From NCBI GenBank assembly GCA_022360445.1, contig JAKSCV010000059.1:11897-75896 (forward strand): 64,000 nt of DNA, read 5' to 3'. Positions 51,840 to 63,005 of the stretch are shown here, one piece after another. Source of the DNA: Gammaproteobacteria bacterium. GTDB lineage: Bacteria; Pseudomonadota; Gammaproteobacteria; UBA5861. The notes beneath the pieces are model-generated. The model did no database searches, was not told the DNA's origin, and saw only the letters and a list, made by a program, of their open reading frames with translations. The position numbers and the translations under genes are program-made. Each line of letters starts with the position of its first letter. The first letter of the stretch is position 1.

Positions 51840-52988
51840 ATGAGCTTTGATAACTTTTTAACCGCAGAGCAGCAGCAATGGCGAGACACATGTCACCGGG
51901 TGATGGATAAAGAAATTACTCGGGAATATATCCGCGAGTGTGATATGAATCGCCAGTACTACTACGAAGGCTTCGAAAAACTCCACGAGTTAGGCATGGT
52001 GACCATGCTGATTCCCGAGGAGCTAGGAGGGATGGGTGCCGACACCATGGCCTATACGCTTTTTTGCGAAGCGGCAGGAAAGTACAGCATGGACTTTGGC
52101 GGCGCGATTGGGGTTTCCCAGTTCACAGCGCAAAACTTGATTCACTACGGAACGCCTGAACAGCAGGAACAATTTCTTCAACCGTTTATCGAAGGTAACA
52201 ATCGCTTCGCTATTTCGATCTCGGAACCTCACTCTGGTTCCGATGCGGCCGCGGCCAATACACGGGCAGTAAAATCGGGGGACCACTACGTCTTAAACGG
52301 TTTAAAGCAGTGGTGTTCCGGCTCCAGTGCGACCAATGCTGTGATTTGCATGCTGGTCAGAACCGACCCTGATGCTCCCAAGCGACAAGGATTGTCCGTG
52401 CTACTGATTCCAAATGACACGCCAGGGATGGAGCTGCGCAAATTAAAAACCCTTGCTCGGCGGGGCACCGGCACCAACCAGATTTTTCTGGATAGGGCCA
52501 AAGTCCCTGTTGAAAATCGCTTAGGTGAAGAAGGACAAGGCTGGGAAATCATTACCAACCACTTGCAGCTGGAGCGGGTCAGTATTGCGGCCAGCTATGT
52601 GGGATGTGCCCAGCAGGCTGTTGATGATGCACTGGCATACGCCCACCAACGGGAAGCCTTTGGCCAGCCTATTTTCAAGTTCCAGACATTGCGCCACATG
52701 CTGGCGGACATGCAAACAGAAGTGGATGCCGCCCGGTTGCTGACATACCGCTCTGCCGGGATGATGGATGCTGGTCAAGATGCATTGCGAGAGGTCTCCA
52801 TGGCCAAATTGTTTGCCTCAGAAACACTGCAAAAAGTGACCCGGCAAGGCATTCAGATTATGGGCGGCCACGGCATGCTGCCGGAGGCAGACATGGAACG
52901 CTACTTTCGTGAAGGCATGCAGGCGACAGTGGGCGGTGGCACCTCACAAATCCAGCGGACGATTATCGCTCAAACCATGCAGTATTGA
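51840..52988 (+). CDS. Acyl-CoA dehydrogenase, IVD-like (copy 2), divergent from dctPQM
   Basis: 382 aa, about 85% identical to 10644..11792. Same GGGTSQIQR and LQLERV arrangement. Confidence 0.85.
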   Translation: MSFDNFLTAEQQQWRDTCHRVMDKEITREYIRECDMNRQYYYEGFEKLHELGMVTMLIPEELGGMGADTMAYTLFCEAAGKYSMDFGGAIGVSQFTAQNLIHYGTPEQQEQFLQPFIEGNNRFAISISEPHSGSDAAAANTRAVKSGDHYVLNGLKQWCSGSSATNAVICMLVRTDPDAPKRQGLSVLLIPNDTPGMELRKLKTLARRGTGTNQIFLDRAKVPVENRLGEEGQGWEIITNHLQLERVSIAASYVGCAQQAVDDALAYAHQREAFGQPIFKFQTLRHMLADMQTEVDAARLLTYRSAGMMDAGQDALREVSMAKLFASETLQKVTRQGIQIMGGHGMLPEADMERYFREGMQATVGGGTSQIQRTIIAQTMQY

Positions 52989-53024
52989 GGTCTTTCTTCG
53001 AGGAAACGGATCATTGAGGCCGGT

Positions 53025-55352
53025 TCACGGCTTCTTTTTGGCCTCGGCGAAAGCCAGCGCAAAGGCGTTATTGCCGGGGGCTGCCTTAGGTTTTGTTGGG
53101 TGCTGTTTGGCTTTGGGTGGGTGAGAGGCTCCACTGTCTGCTTTTTTGCGCTTGGGTTTTGCTGTGTGTTTTTCCTGAGGCTCCGTTAAGCGCATCGTTA
53201 AGGCGATGCGTTTGCGCTCGGGTTCCAACTCCAGCACTTTGACTTTGACAATATCGCCAGGCTTGACAACATCATGTGGGTTTTTCACAAATCGATCGGC
53301 CAGTGCCGAGATATGGACCAGGCCATCCTGGTGTACGCCGATGTCCACGAATGCGCCAAAATTCGTCACATTGGAAACCACCCCCTCTAGGACCATACCA
53401 GGCTGCAAGTCGGTCATTTTTTCAATGCCATCCTGAAACTTTGCCGTGCGGAATTCCGGTCTGGGATCCCGCCCGGGCTTGTCCAGTTCCTTGATAATGT
53501 CGATGACGGTTGGTAAGCCAAACTGTGCCTGGATATAGTGCTTGGGATCAAGATTCTTCAGGAATCCGCTGTCGCCGATCAACGCGTTAATGGGGCGGTT
53601 GTGATCGGCGGCGATTTTTTCGACAAGTGGATAAGCTTCCGGATGGACACTTGAAGCATCCAAGGGGTTGGCACCCTCTGGGATGCGCAAAAAACCCGCG
53701 CACTGTTCGTAGGTTTTGGGGCCCAGTCGCGTCACTTTTTTAAGTATCTCCCGGGATTTAAATGAACCATGTTCATCTCGAAACTGAACAATATTGGCGG
53801 CGGTGACGGGGTTCAGCCCGGAGATTCTGGACAAAAGCGGTATCGAAGCCGTGTTTAAATCGACACCCACTTGATTCACACAGTCTTCGACCACCGCATC
53901 AAGGCTGCGAGCCAAGTGTATTTGATTGACATCGTGTTGATATTGCCCAACGCCAATGGCTTTGGGGTCAATCTTGACCAATTCGGCGAGTGGGTCTTGC
54001 AAGCGGCGGGCAATCGAAACAGCGCCTCTGAAAGAGACATCCAGGTCGGGAAACTCCCGAGCGGCATATTCGGAGGCGGAGTACACGGAAGCTCCCGCTT
54101 CGCTGACAACGATTTTTTGTAATTTCAGTTCAGGCACCTGTTTTATGAGTTCGCCAACCAGCTTATCCGTTTCCCGGCTGGCGGTGCCATTCCCGATGCC
54201 GATGAGGCTGACGTGCTCGCGTTCGCAGATGTTTTTCAGTTCGGTGAGAGCCGCTTCCCACTGTTTTTTTGGCGCATGGGGGAAAATAGTGGCGTGGGTT
54301 GTGAGCTGGCCGGTCGAGTCAATGACGGCAACTTTTACGCCGGTGCGCAAGCCTGGGTCCAGCCCCATGATTGTGTGCGGGCCAGCGGGTGCCGCCAGCA
54401 GAAGCTCTTTCAGGTTACGTGCGAAAACCTGGATGGCCTCTTCTTCGGCTTGCTCGCGAAGTTGGGTAAAAAACTCGGTTTCGAGATGATTTTTGAGTTT
54501 AACGCGCCAGGTCCAGCGCACCACTTCTTCAAGCCATGGCGCAGCGGGCTTGCCTGTGTGAGCAGCAATATCTGTGTGTTGGCTAATGATGGTTTCACAG
54601 GGGTGCGAGACGGGCTTCTCTGTTTCATGGATTGCGATATCAATGCTTGCACTGAGGATGCCTTCGTTACGGCCGCGAAAGATCGCAAGTGCCCGATGAG
54701 AGGGGATTCGGTTGAGCTGTTCAGCGTAGTCAAAATAGTCGCGGAATTTATCCCCTGCTTGTTTTTTATCTTCCAGTACGGTGGTTTTGACCATGCCGTG
54801 GGCTTGCAGATAGGTTCGCAGTTTGGCGATTAATTCGGCATCTTCAGCAAATTGTTCCATCAAAATCTGTTTGGCGTCGTCGAGGGCTGATTTGGTATCC
54901 GGTATTCCGTTATCCGGGTTGATGTATTGTGCGGCTTCCACATCCGGTTCCAGCGAGGGCGTTTGCATCAGTGCGGTTGCCAGAGGTTCCAGACCGGCTT
55001 CACGGGCGATCTGGGCTTTTGTGCGGCGTTTGGGTTTGTAGGGTAGGTAGAGGTCTTCAAGGCGGGCTTTGGAATCTGCGGTTTTTATTGCCTGCGCGAG
55101 TTCTGGCGTGAGTTGGTTTTGTTCCTGGATGCTGGTGAGGATTTGCGTCCGCCTGTCTTCCAGATCACGTAAATACCGGAGCCGGTCTTCCAGTGTTCGC
55201 AACTGGGTGTCGTCCAGGCTACCTGTGGCTTCTTTTCGGTACCGTGCAATAAATGGGACGGTTGCGCCATCGTCCAACAATTGAATGGCCGCTGTGATTT
55301 GTTGGGGCGCAACAGCCAGTTCGTCCGCAATCTTCCTTGTAATCGGGTCCAT
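53025..55352 (-). CDS. tex: Transcription accessory protein Tex
   Basis: 775 aa; YqgF/RuvC-like and HhH domains, an S1 domain ([21 protein letters not shown]) and a basic C-terminal tail. Confidence 0.9.
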   Translation of the reverse strand: MDPITRKIADELAVAPQQITAAIQLLDDGATVPFIARYRKEATGSLDDTQLRTLEDRLRYLRDLEDRRTQILTSIQEQNQLTPELAQAIKTADSKARLEDLYLPYKPKRRTKAQIAREAGLEPLATALMQTPSLEPDVEAAQYINPDNGIPDTKSALDDAKQILMEQFAEDAELIAKLRTYLQAHGMVKTTVLEDKKQAGDKFRDYFDYAEQLNRIPSHRALAIFRGRNEGILSASIDIAIHETEKPVSHPCETIISQHTDIAAHTGKPAAPWLEEVVRWTWRVKLKNHLETEFFTQLREQAEEEAIQVFARNLKELLLAAPAGPHTIMGLDPGLRTGVKVAVIDSTGQLTTHATIFPHAPKKQWEAALTELKNICEREHVSLIGIGNGTASRETDKLVGELIKQVPELKLQKIVVSEAGASVYSASEYAAREFPDLDVSFRGAVSIARRLQDPLAELVKIDPKAIGVGQYQHDVNQIHLARSLDAVVEDCVNQVGVDLNTASIPLLSRISGLNPVTAANIVQFRDEHGSFKSREILKKVTRLGPKTYEQCAGFLRIPEGANPLDASSVHPEAYPLVEKIAADHNRPINALIGDSGFLKNLDPKHYIQAQFGLPTVIDIIKELDKPGRDPRPEFRTAKFQDGIEKMTDLQPGMVLEGVVSNVTNFGAFVDIGVHQDGLVHISALADRFVKNPHDVVKPGDIVKVKVLELEPERKRIALTMRLTEPQEKHTAKPKRKKADSGASHPPKAKQHPTKPKAAPGNNAFALAFAEAKKKP

Positions 55353-55588
55353 TTAGCCCTGCACTCGCTTGAATGTAAAGCCGCCGATTATATCCATCTT
55401 GCAGAGCGTGCTCCAGTGTACCTTGCTAGAGATCGTTATATTTCTATGGGTTCAATGCCTGCGAAAAAGCATTCCTTGACTATGCTAATAAAACCTTTTT
55501 TACAGAAAATGCTTCAAAAAGCACATATAAAGCCGATGCTTATATCTAATCGTAAGTTGAGTATGTTTCTTTTTCAGAGTCAGTCCCT

Positions 55589-57676
55589 ATGAAGATCATC
55601 AAGCCATTGGTTTATCGCTGTAACAGGAAAGCAAAACACAGCGATCCACCTGTACGATCCCGGCTTCAGCTCAGCAGTCTGTTGATCGGGGTTTGGGTGC
55701 TCTTGAGTACCCAGCTGGCGGCAGCAGATATGGAGAAGTTAAAACGCCTTAAATCTTTCAGTTTAGAAGAGCTGGCAGAGGTTGAGGTATCGATTGGCGG
55801 GAAGCTGGCTCAGAAGGCGAGCGATATTCCCGCAGCGGTTTATGTGATCACTCAGGATGATATTCGATCATCGGGCGCGACCAACATTCCTGAAGTTCTG
55901 CGCATGGTGCCCGGTCTTCATGTGGCACGCATTGATGCCAATAAATGGATCGTTTCCAGCCGAGGGTTCAGCAGCCGGATTACCAATAAGCTGCTCGTAA
56001 TGATTGATGGACGAAGTGTCTACAGCCCTCTCTTTTCAGGTGTACTGTGGGAACAGCAGGATCTTGTCTTAGAAGATGTGGATCGCATTGAAGTCATTCG
56101 GGGGCCGGGTGCTGCCGTTTGGGGCGCGAATGCGGTGAATGGCGTCATCAATATCTTAACTCGCCATACGGCTCAAACACAGGGCACATTATTGACGGGT
56201 ACAGCGGGTACAGAACAGAGCATCGCGGTTGTGCGCAATGGGGGAAAGCTGGCTGAGGATGCGCACTACCGGGCCTATTTAAAGTACCGTTATCAGGACG
56301 ACAGCCAAACTTTCAGTGGCGATGATGCCAAAGATGCACTGGATGATCTCCGGGCAGGCTTTCGGGTTGACTGGGCGCAAAGTGAACGAGATACCTTTTC
56401 GTTCATGGGTGATGCTTATACCAGTGAAACTTCTGAGCAGATTACCACGCTGGATCTTGAGCCTCCCAATTACGCCAAATTGCGCGAGGATGATATTCAG
56501 TTCTCAGGCGCGAATTTAGTCGGAAAGTGGAAAAGAACTTACGCGGATGGTGCTCAAAGTGAGCTAAAAACCTACGTTGACTATACCGAGCGCAAGCAGT
56601 GGATTTTGGATGAAAACCGTAGCCTATTTGATATCGATTACCGTTATCAAACGCTCTTAGGCTCCTATCATGATCTCTCATTTGGGGCGGGTTACCGCTA
56701 TTCCAAAGACCAGCAAAAGGATGGAAATTACAGCGAAGGCCAAGTCAGAGTCTATAGCCCGTCAAGCAAGACAGAGCACCTGTACAGTGCGTTCGTACAG
56801 GATGACATGGAGCTTCAAGAAGGCCAATGGTGGCTAACCCTTGGAACCAAATTGGAACACAACGATTATACCGGTTACGAAGTACAGCCTAATCTTCGGC
56901 TGCGCTGGCAGGTAAATCCGGTGCATATGACCTGGGGGGCGATATCACGCGCCGTACGCACACCTTCACGAGCTGAGCGAGACGGCTTTCTTGTAACAGG
57001 GCAAATTGATCCGGGTCCGCCTCCTGTTGCTCCAATTCTGGAAGGTTCCGATGCGTTTGATTCCGAAGAGCTGGTTGCTTACGAACTGGGGTATCGTTTC
57101 CAGCCGACCAAACACGTGGGCTTGGATGCGAACGTCTTTTTCAATGATTACGATCAATTGCAGTCATTCGAATATTCACGGACTGGGTCTGCTCCGGCGC
57201 CAATCACCGCTGTGGGCAATGTCTTTAATCCGAGTAATCAGCTCTATGGTGAAACCTATGGTGCCGAGTTATCTTTTTTTTGGCGAGCGGGTGAGCATTG
57301 GCAGTGGCGTGTGAATTACTCTTTTCTGGAGATCAATCTGGAAACAACAGAAAGCAGTACAGATATCAGATCAGAACGCTTTGAAGGGTATAGCCCAGAA
57401 CACCAGTTCAATATTCTTTCCAGCTATCAATGGGTACCGGGTCTCCGCTTGAATGCGTTTATACGCTATGTGGACGCGTTACCAAGCTTGGGGGTCGACG
57501 AGTATCTGGAACTCGACCTCGGAGCAGAGTGGCAAATAAACCCGTCAGTCACGCTCTCGGTATATGGTCGCAATTTATTAAATGATGCGCACACCGAAGC
57601 TATGCCATCCTTGTTCGCTACGATGCCCACAGAAGTTGAGCGCGAATTTTACATGAAATTGACAGGGCATTTTTAG
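55589..57676 (+). CDS. TonB-dependent outer-membrane receptor
   Basis: Plug domain (IPAAVYVITQDDIRSSGATNIPEVLRMVPGL), a 22-strand barrel region, and the terminal F of ...YMKLTGHF. Confidence 0.85.
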   Translation: MKIIKPLVYRCNRKAKHSDPPVRSRLQLSSLLIGVWVLLSTQLAAADMEKLKRLKSFSLEELAEVEVSIGGKLAQKASDIPAAVYVITQDDIRSSGATNIPEVLRMVPGLHVARIDANKWIVSSRGFSSRITNKLLVMIDGRSVYSPLFSGVLWEQQDLVLEDVDRIEVIRGPGAAVWGANAVNGVINILTRHTAQTQGTLLTGTAGTEQSIAVVRNGGKLAEDAHYRAYLKYRYQDDSQTFSGDDAKDALDDLRAGFRVDWAQSERDTFSFMGDAYTSETSEQITTLDLEPPNYAKLREDDIQFSGANLVGKWKRTYADGAQSELKTYVDYTERKQWILDENRSLFDIDYRYQTLLGSYHDLSFGAGYRYSKDQQKDGNYSEGQVRVYSPSSKTEHLYSAFVQDDMELQEGQWWLTLGTKLEHNDYTGYEVQPNLRLRWQVNPVHMTWGAISRAVRTPSRAERDGFLVTGQIDPGPPPVAPILEGSDAFDSEELVAYELGYRFQPTKHVGLDANVFFNDYDQLQSFEYSRTGSAPAPITAVGNVFNPSNQLYGETYGAELSFFWRAGEHWQWRVNYSFLEINLETTESSTDIRSERFEGYSPEHQFNILSSYQWVPGLRLNAFIRYVDALPSLGVDEYLELDLGAEWQINPSVTLSVYGRNLLNDAHTEAMPSLFATMPTEVEREFYMKLTGHF

Positions 57677-57688
57677 GGCGTATCGGGA

Positions 57689-58282
57689 TTGATGGCTTTG
57701 TTTTCACATATACAGAAAAGCATGATGAAATGCCTGTTGAGCACTCGGGTAGGTCAGCTGCTGCTGCTGGGTCTGTGTTTTATGCCCGTGCCGGATCTGC
57801 ACGCTGATACGTTTTCTGATCACGAAGTCAAAGCTGTTTTTTTGTACAACTTTCCCAACTTTGTCCGTTGGCCAGAATCGGCTTTTCAAAGTGATGAGAA
57901 GTCATTTGTTTACTGTGGCATGAGTGACTCAGACCCGGTCATCATGACATTAAAAGCTCTGATTAAGGGCGAGAAAGTACAGTCGCGCACGATACGTTTT
58001 CAGTATTTACGGCGCATTGAAAACATCAATCAATGCCAAGTTTTATTCTTGAGTCAAGAGAACGCTGCTCTTGCCGATCGCCTGATTGAAGCTGCTGAAG
58101 GTACGAGTGTGCTGTTCGTGAGTGATCTCCGTCAGTTTGCTGTGCGTGGGGGCTTGATTGAGTTAACTGAGGTGGATGGCAGAATACGCCCCACAATCAA
58201 TATTGAACAGTTGGAAAAAACACCGTTAAAAGTCAGCTCTAAACTCTTACGGTTGGCTAAACGTGTTCGTAAAATAAAATGA
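57689..58282 (+). CDS. YfiR-family periplasmic protein (DUF4154)
   Basis: Signal peptide [28 protein letters not shown], then [16 protein letters not shown], characteristic of DUF4154/YfiR. The true start is probably Met12. Confidence 0.55.
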   Translation: MMALFSHIQKSMMKCLLSTRVGQLLLLGLCFMPVPDLHADTFSDHEVKAVFLYNFPNFVRWPESAFQSDEKSFVYCGMSDSDPVIMTLKALIKGEKVQSRTIRFQYLRRIENINQCQVLFLSQENAALADRLIEAAEGTSVLFVSDLRQFAVRGGLIELTEVDGRIRPTINIEQLEKTPLKVSSKLLRLAKRVRKIK

Positions 58283-58289
58283 AAAAATA

Positions 58290-60635
58290 ATGATAACGTT
58301 TTTCAATAAATTACCGATCAAACAGAAAATTATCGGAATGGTTATGATGATCAGCGCATTTATTCAGCTGACCGTTATGGGCATTGTGGGTTACAACGAC
58401 TGGCAGTCTAACCAGGAAATGATGGTCGATTCCTTGAGCGTATTGACAAAAGCGGTCGGGGTGAATGCCAGTGCCGCGATTGTGTTTCAGGACCCGGATA
58501 CGGCCAAGGAAATTTTAAGCGCCCTGGCTAGTAATAAAGATATTCTTGCCGCCCAGATATATGACAAGGAGATGGCTCTACTGGCGAGCTATCACGCTCA
58601 GCCTGGTCTTCATTCAGAAGAAATAGCCAGTGTGCAAACGTTTATCTTGGCCCCTGACAGGGTAAAAGAAATATCTCAGTCAGCTGAAGGTTCGTTTGAG
58701 CAAGTTGTTCAGTATGCATCCGGGTTTCTCGATCTGCATCAGCCTGTTTTCGCAGGGGATGACATTGTGGGTTACATGGCTGTTCAAGCAAGCCTGGCGG
58801 GCCTGTATAACCGGATCCAACAACAACTATTCGTGATTACTGCTGTGTTTATTCTAGCGCTGGTGATTGCCTATGTACTGGTCAGCTGGTTGCAAAAGAT
58901 CATATCTGCGCCAGTTATTGATCTGACGCATAAAATGAACTCTGTCTCAGAAAATAATGATTACAGCTTGAGGATAGAAACTCGGCGTACCGATGAACTT
59001 GGACAGTTGGTCAATGGTTTTAATCGGATGATTGAGCAAATTCAAGAGCGGGATGTCAAGTTGGAAAAGTCCAAGGATTCGGCAGAGACTGCGAATAAGG
59101 CGAAGTCTGAGTTTTTAGCCAATATGAGCCATGAGATTAGAACGCCCATGAATGGTGTTCTGGGTATGGCAGAGCTGTTGGAGTTAACGTCACTTTCTGA
59201 TAAGCAAACCCATTATGTCAGGACCATACATGCGTCTGGTCAGGCGCTTTTGGGCGTGATTAACGATATTCTGGATTTCTCTAAGATCGAAGCGGGGAAA
59301 CTCAAGCTCGAGCAAGTTGACATAAATCTTCGTGAACTCAGCGAAATGTCGGGTGACTTGTTTTCTGAGATTGCGCGAGAAAAAGGTCTTGAACTGATTA
59401 TTCATGTAAGCAATGAAGTTCCAGAGGCATTACTGGGTGATCCGACACGATTACGGCAAGTTATGGTGAACCTGCTCAGTAATGCAATTAAATTCACCGA
59501 ATCGGGAGAAGTTTTTGCACAAGTAAGTGTTGTATCCGAAACGGACGAGCATGCCGTTGTTATGTTTGAAGTGAGAGATACCGGGATTGGTATTTCTAAA
59601 CAGGCATTAAAAAATATTTTTGAAGCGTTCGCTCAGGCAGATAGCACAACAACACGCCGCTTTGGTGGGACGGGTCTCGGCTTATCGATATCTCACCAGC
59701 TTGTCAAACTGATGGGCGGTCGGCTTCAGGTTGAAAGTAAGGAGGCAGAAGGCTCATGTTTTTACTTCACTTTAACCCTACCGAAAGCCATGCCACCCGG
59801 CGTCGTTAAGACACTTGTCAATTTACACGGCTCCCGGGCGTTAGTTGTTGATGATAATGCTACCAATTTACACATCGTCTCTGAGCAACTTAAATCTTGG
59901 GGCTGCCGCGTGGACAGTTATCAAAATAGTCGGCATGTGCTGACCGGCATGGAAGAGGCAGCCAAGACGGATGACCCTTACAAAATAGCCATTCTTGACT
60001 TGGTTATGCCGGGTATGGATGGGATGGAATTGGCCAGAAACATCAAACACAGCAACCATCTAAAAAATACCCAGTTGATTTTGTTGAGCTCGGCGAGTTT
60101 ATCCGATGGTGAAAGCATTCAAGACGCCGGTATCGCCTGCATGATTTCTAAGCCGGTACGGGGGAGTGAACTGAAACAGTGCCTTCTCTCACTCGTTGAT
60201 CGGGCGGGTTCGGAGCTTGAGAATGAGCCGTGTACTCAGCTTGCGCACGAGCTGTATGAAATGAAAGGGCGTGTTTTACTTGCAGAAGATAACCCCGTCA
60301 ATCAGCAAGTTGCAGAGGCTATGCTGGAAGTTATTGGCTACCAGGTCGATATTGCTAATAATGGGTCTGAAGCGTTGCAAATGTATAAAGAAGCCATGTA
60401 CGACTTGGTCTTAATGGATATTCACATGCCTGAGGTGGATGGAATCCAAGCCACCAACATGATTCGTGAATGGGAAGAGCAGTGTGATCGCCATGTGCCT
60501 ATTGCGGCTTTAACAGCCAATGCGATGGAGGGTGATAAAGAACGTTTTCTCGCGGCGGGCATGGATGATTATCTGAGCAAGCCTTTCCAGAAAAGTGAGT
60601 TGATTGAATTAATTGACCGGTGCCTGGCTGCTTGA
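58290..60635 (+). CDS. Hybrid sensor histidine kinase with two receiver domains
   Basis: Two TM flanking a ~150-aa periplasmic region, a HAMP domain, HisKA ([15 protein letters not shown]), HATPase (GGTGLGLSI), then two REC domains. Confidence 0.9.
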   Translation: MITFFNKLPIKQKIIGMVMMISAFIQLTVMGIVGYNDWQSNQEMMVDSLSVLTKAVGVNASAAIVFQDPDTAKEILSALASNKDILAAQIYDKEMALLASYHAQPGLHSEEIASVQTFILAPDRVKEISQSAEGSFEQVVQYASGFLDLHQPVFAGDDIVGYMAVQASLAGLYNRIQQQLFVITAVFILALVIAYVLVSWLQKIISAPVIDLTHKMNSVSENNDYSLRIETRRTDELGQLVNGFNRMIEQIQERDVKLEKSKDSAETANKAKSEFLANMSHEIRTPMNGVLGMAELLELTSLSDKQTHYVRTIHASGQALLGVINDILDFSKIEAGKLKLEQVDINLRELSEMSGDLFSEIAREKGLELIIHVSNEVPEALLGDPTRLRQVMVNLLSNAIKFTESGEVFAQVSVVSETDEHAVVMFEVRDTGIGISKQALKNIFEAFAQADSTTTRRFGGTGLGLSISHQLVKLMGGRLQVESKEAEGSCFYFTLTLPKAMPPGVVKTLVNLHGSRALVVDDNATNLHIVSEQLKSWGCRVDSYQNSRHVLTGMEEAAKTDDPYKIAILDLVMPGMDGMELARNIKHSNHLKNTQLILLSSASLSDGESIQDAGIACMISKPVRGSELKQCLLSLVDRAGSELENEPCTQLAHELYEMKGRVLLAEDNPVNQQVAEAMLEVIGYQVDIANNGSEALQMYKEAMYDLVLMDIHMPEVDGIQATNMIREWEEQCDRHVPIAALTANAMEGDKERFLAAGMDDYLSKPFQKSELIELIDRCLAA

Positions 60636-60657
60636 TTAAGCATCCATGTGAAGCGGG

Positions 60658-62049
60658 TTATATGGTTTTGGAAAAATAACTGATGTTTGTTGTGCCTTGA
60701 CGATAAGCATCAAAAATCTGGCAAATATTGCGCACAAGCAAGCGTCCTGACGGGGCAACCGTAATTTCAGTATCGGTGATCTGGACAAGGCCGTCTTCTT
60801 GCATAGGTTTTAGCTTGGCCAACTCCTGATTGAAATACTGCGAAAAAAGGATGTTGCTTTTGGACTCGAATTTTTTAATATCCAGAGAAAAATCACACAT
60901 GAGTTGCATAATAACGGCGCGGCGGATTTTATCGTCAAAATTCAAAGCAACGCCCCGTTGGATACCTATCTGCCCTGCTTCGATTGCAGCGGCATATTGA
61001 TCTTCTGTTTTAACATGCTGGCAGTAGACATCATCCACTTGGCTGATGGCGCTTTGCCCCATCCCCACTAAATCACAGTCACCCAGCAGGGTATAGCCTT
61101 GAAAGTTACGGAATAGTTTGCCTTCCGATTGGGCTATCGCGAGCTCGTCGTCGGGCTTGGCAAAATGATCCATGCCAATATAAACGTAACCCGCTTGAAC
61201 GAGTTTATCGATCGACATTTTGAAAATGGCCAGTTTTTCGGCCGCAGATGGCAGATCTTCTGCGTTGATATTCCGCTGTGGCCGGAAAAGCCTGGGCAGG
61301 TGTGCATAGTTGAAAATAGACAATCGGTCTGGTGACAGCGCAATCGTGTGATCCAGCGTTTTTTCAAAACTGGCCACACTTTGAAAGGGAAGCCCGTAGA
61401 TCAAATCAACATTGATAGATCGGACCGATGCTCGTCTCGCTTGCATGAACAGGGTCTCCACCTGTTCGGTGCTCTGAACCCGGTTAACCGCCTTTTGTAC
61501 GGTGGGGTCAAAATCCTGAATCCCAAAGCTGATGCGATTAAAACCCATATCCCGGAGGAAGGGAATGGTATCGGCCTGAGCTGTGCGGGGGTCGATTTCA
61601 ATTGAATAATCGCCGGAATCATCTTCCAGTAAATCAAATTGTTGCCGGGTATGCGCCATTAATTCGGTGATCTGCGTTGGATTAAAATAAGTGGGGGTTC
61701 CGCCGCCCCAGTGCAGTTGCAGAACTTTCCGGTCGTGATTAAATAATTCAGATTGAAATTCAATTTCTTTCTTCAGATACCCGAGGTAGCTTTCAGCACG
61801 GGAACGGTTTTTTGTGACCACCTTGTTGCAGGCGCAGTAAAAACAAACCGACTCGCAAAAAGGAATATGAAAATACAAGGATAATGGGCGAGGGATAGGA
61901 TCCTCATTGGTTTCCAATGCCGCATTTCGATAATGTGCTTCGGTAAATTCCTCTGAAAACTCAACCGCTGTCGGGTAAGAGGTGTACCGTGGGCCGGTGT
62001 TGTCGTAGCGATTAATCAGGTCCGTATCAAAAACGATATTCATTATCAT
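60658..62049 (-). CDS. hemN: Oxygen-independent coproporphyrinogen III oxidase (radical SAM)
   Basis: YTSYPTAVEF N-terminus; CxxxCxxC cluster motif in CESVCFYCACN; 463 aa. Confidence 0.85.
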   Translation of the reverse strand: MIMNIVFDTDLINRYDNTGPRYTSYPTAVEFSEEFTEAHYRNAALETNEDPIPRPLSLYFHIPFCESVCFYCACNKVVTKNRSRAESYLGYLKKEIEFQSELFNHDRKVLQLHWGGGTPTYFNPTQITELMAHTRQQFDLLEDDSGDYSIEIDPRTAQADTIPFLRDMGFNRISFGIQDFDPTVQKAVNRVQSTEQVETLFMQARRASVRSINVDLIYGLPFQSVASFEKTLDHTIALSPDRLSIFNYAHLPRLFRPQRNINAEDLPSAAEKLAIFKMSIDKLVQAGYVYIGMDHFAKPDDELAIAQSEGKLFRNFQGYTLLGDCDLVGMGQSAISQVDDVYCQHVKTEDQYAAAIEAGQIGIQRGVALNFDDKIRRAVIMQLMCDFSLDIKKFESKSNILFSQYFNQELAKLKPMQEDGLVQITDTEITVAPSGRLLVRNICQIFDAYRQGTTNISYFSKTI

Positions 62050-62107
62050 GCAGAAGTGCGATTGCCAATTGTGACAAAAAGATTACGCCGATTCATCGTT
62101 GCATTTG

Positions 62108-62121
62108 CTGATCTAAGTCAA
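62108..62121. promoter_or_regulatory. Candidate FNR/Anr box TTGAC-TTAG-ATCAG about 60 bp upstream of hemN
   Basis: 8/10 match to TTGAT-N4-ATCAA. hemN is a classical anaerobic-regulon member. Confidence 0.4.
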
Positions 62122-62203
62122 AAAGATGCCGGGCGCTTAATTAAGCTTTGCGAGTGGCAATCAAATCAGAGTGAAGCAGGCTTAAACCCAGGTAATCCCG
62201 CGA

Positions 62204-62989
62204 TTAAAGTCGCTGTAACTTGAGCTGGGGAAGCTTGATAAACGGCTTGAGGGAGGGATAAAACAGATACAGCAGCCCGCTGAGCGTACAAAAAATGGCC
62301 ACAGCTTTGGTTAAGTCCAGTGCGGCGGGATAGCCGTGATCGTGAAAGAAGAGTGAGGCGGACGCAATGGTGAGAATGATCACCAAAATATGTGTTGTAA
62401 CTGTGTGGCAGCCCCACTGCCAATAATGAGCTAGCATCACGCCGACCCAGGCACAAGACCAGCCGATAATCAGGCCAGAGAGAATGTCAATGGGCCAGTG
62501 AACCCCAACCATAACCCGGCTTGAAGCAATCAACACCGCCAGGAGCAACAACATACTATTGGTCCAGGGCCGATGAAAGGAAAACGCCCACACACCCGCC
62601 AGTGCGGCAGCGGTGATTGAGTGGCCCGAAGGGAAAGAGTAGCTGCTGTGCTTGGGGCCAATCAGATAAAAAGCCTCCTGGGCCAGTACAGCAGGGGGTC
62701 TGTCCATATTGAAAAGGGGCTTCAGTCCGTGCGTGGCCAGTCCACATAGAATACCGGTGATTGCAGCTGCCCAAAGGATTTGAGGGTAGCGTTTTGCAAA
62801 GGGTAGCAGGAGGACTAGGGCAACCAGTCCATCTCCGAATACAGTCAGGTATTGCCAGGCTGAGTCCGGTAATAATGTGCCGGATTGATTCAGTAAGATA
62901 AAAAGCGACCGGTTGGTGCCTGATGCCGAAATGGCCAGTAAAAGAACAATCGCTATAAACAAAGGCCACCACAATGTACGGTTTTGCAC
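62204..62989 (-). CDS. PAP2-family membrane phosphatase
   Basis: The three PAP2 motifs KPLFNMDRPP, PSGHS and SRVMVGVHWPID; 6 TM. Confidence 0.8.
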   Translation of the reverse strand: MQNRTLWWPLFIAIVLLLAISASGTNRSLFILLNQSGTLLPDSAWQYLTVFGDGLVALVLLLPFAKRYPQILWAAAITGILCGLATHGLKPLFNMDRPPAVLAQEAFYLIGPKHSSYSFPSGHSITAAALAGVWAFSFHRPWTNSMLLLLAVLIASSRVMVGVHWPIDILSGLIIGWSCAWVGVMLAHYWQWGCHTVTTHILVIILTIASASLFFHDHGYPAALDLTKAVAIFCTLSGLLYLFYPSLKPFIKLPQLKLQRL

Positions 62990-63005
62990 AGATAACTCTC
63001 CGTCG

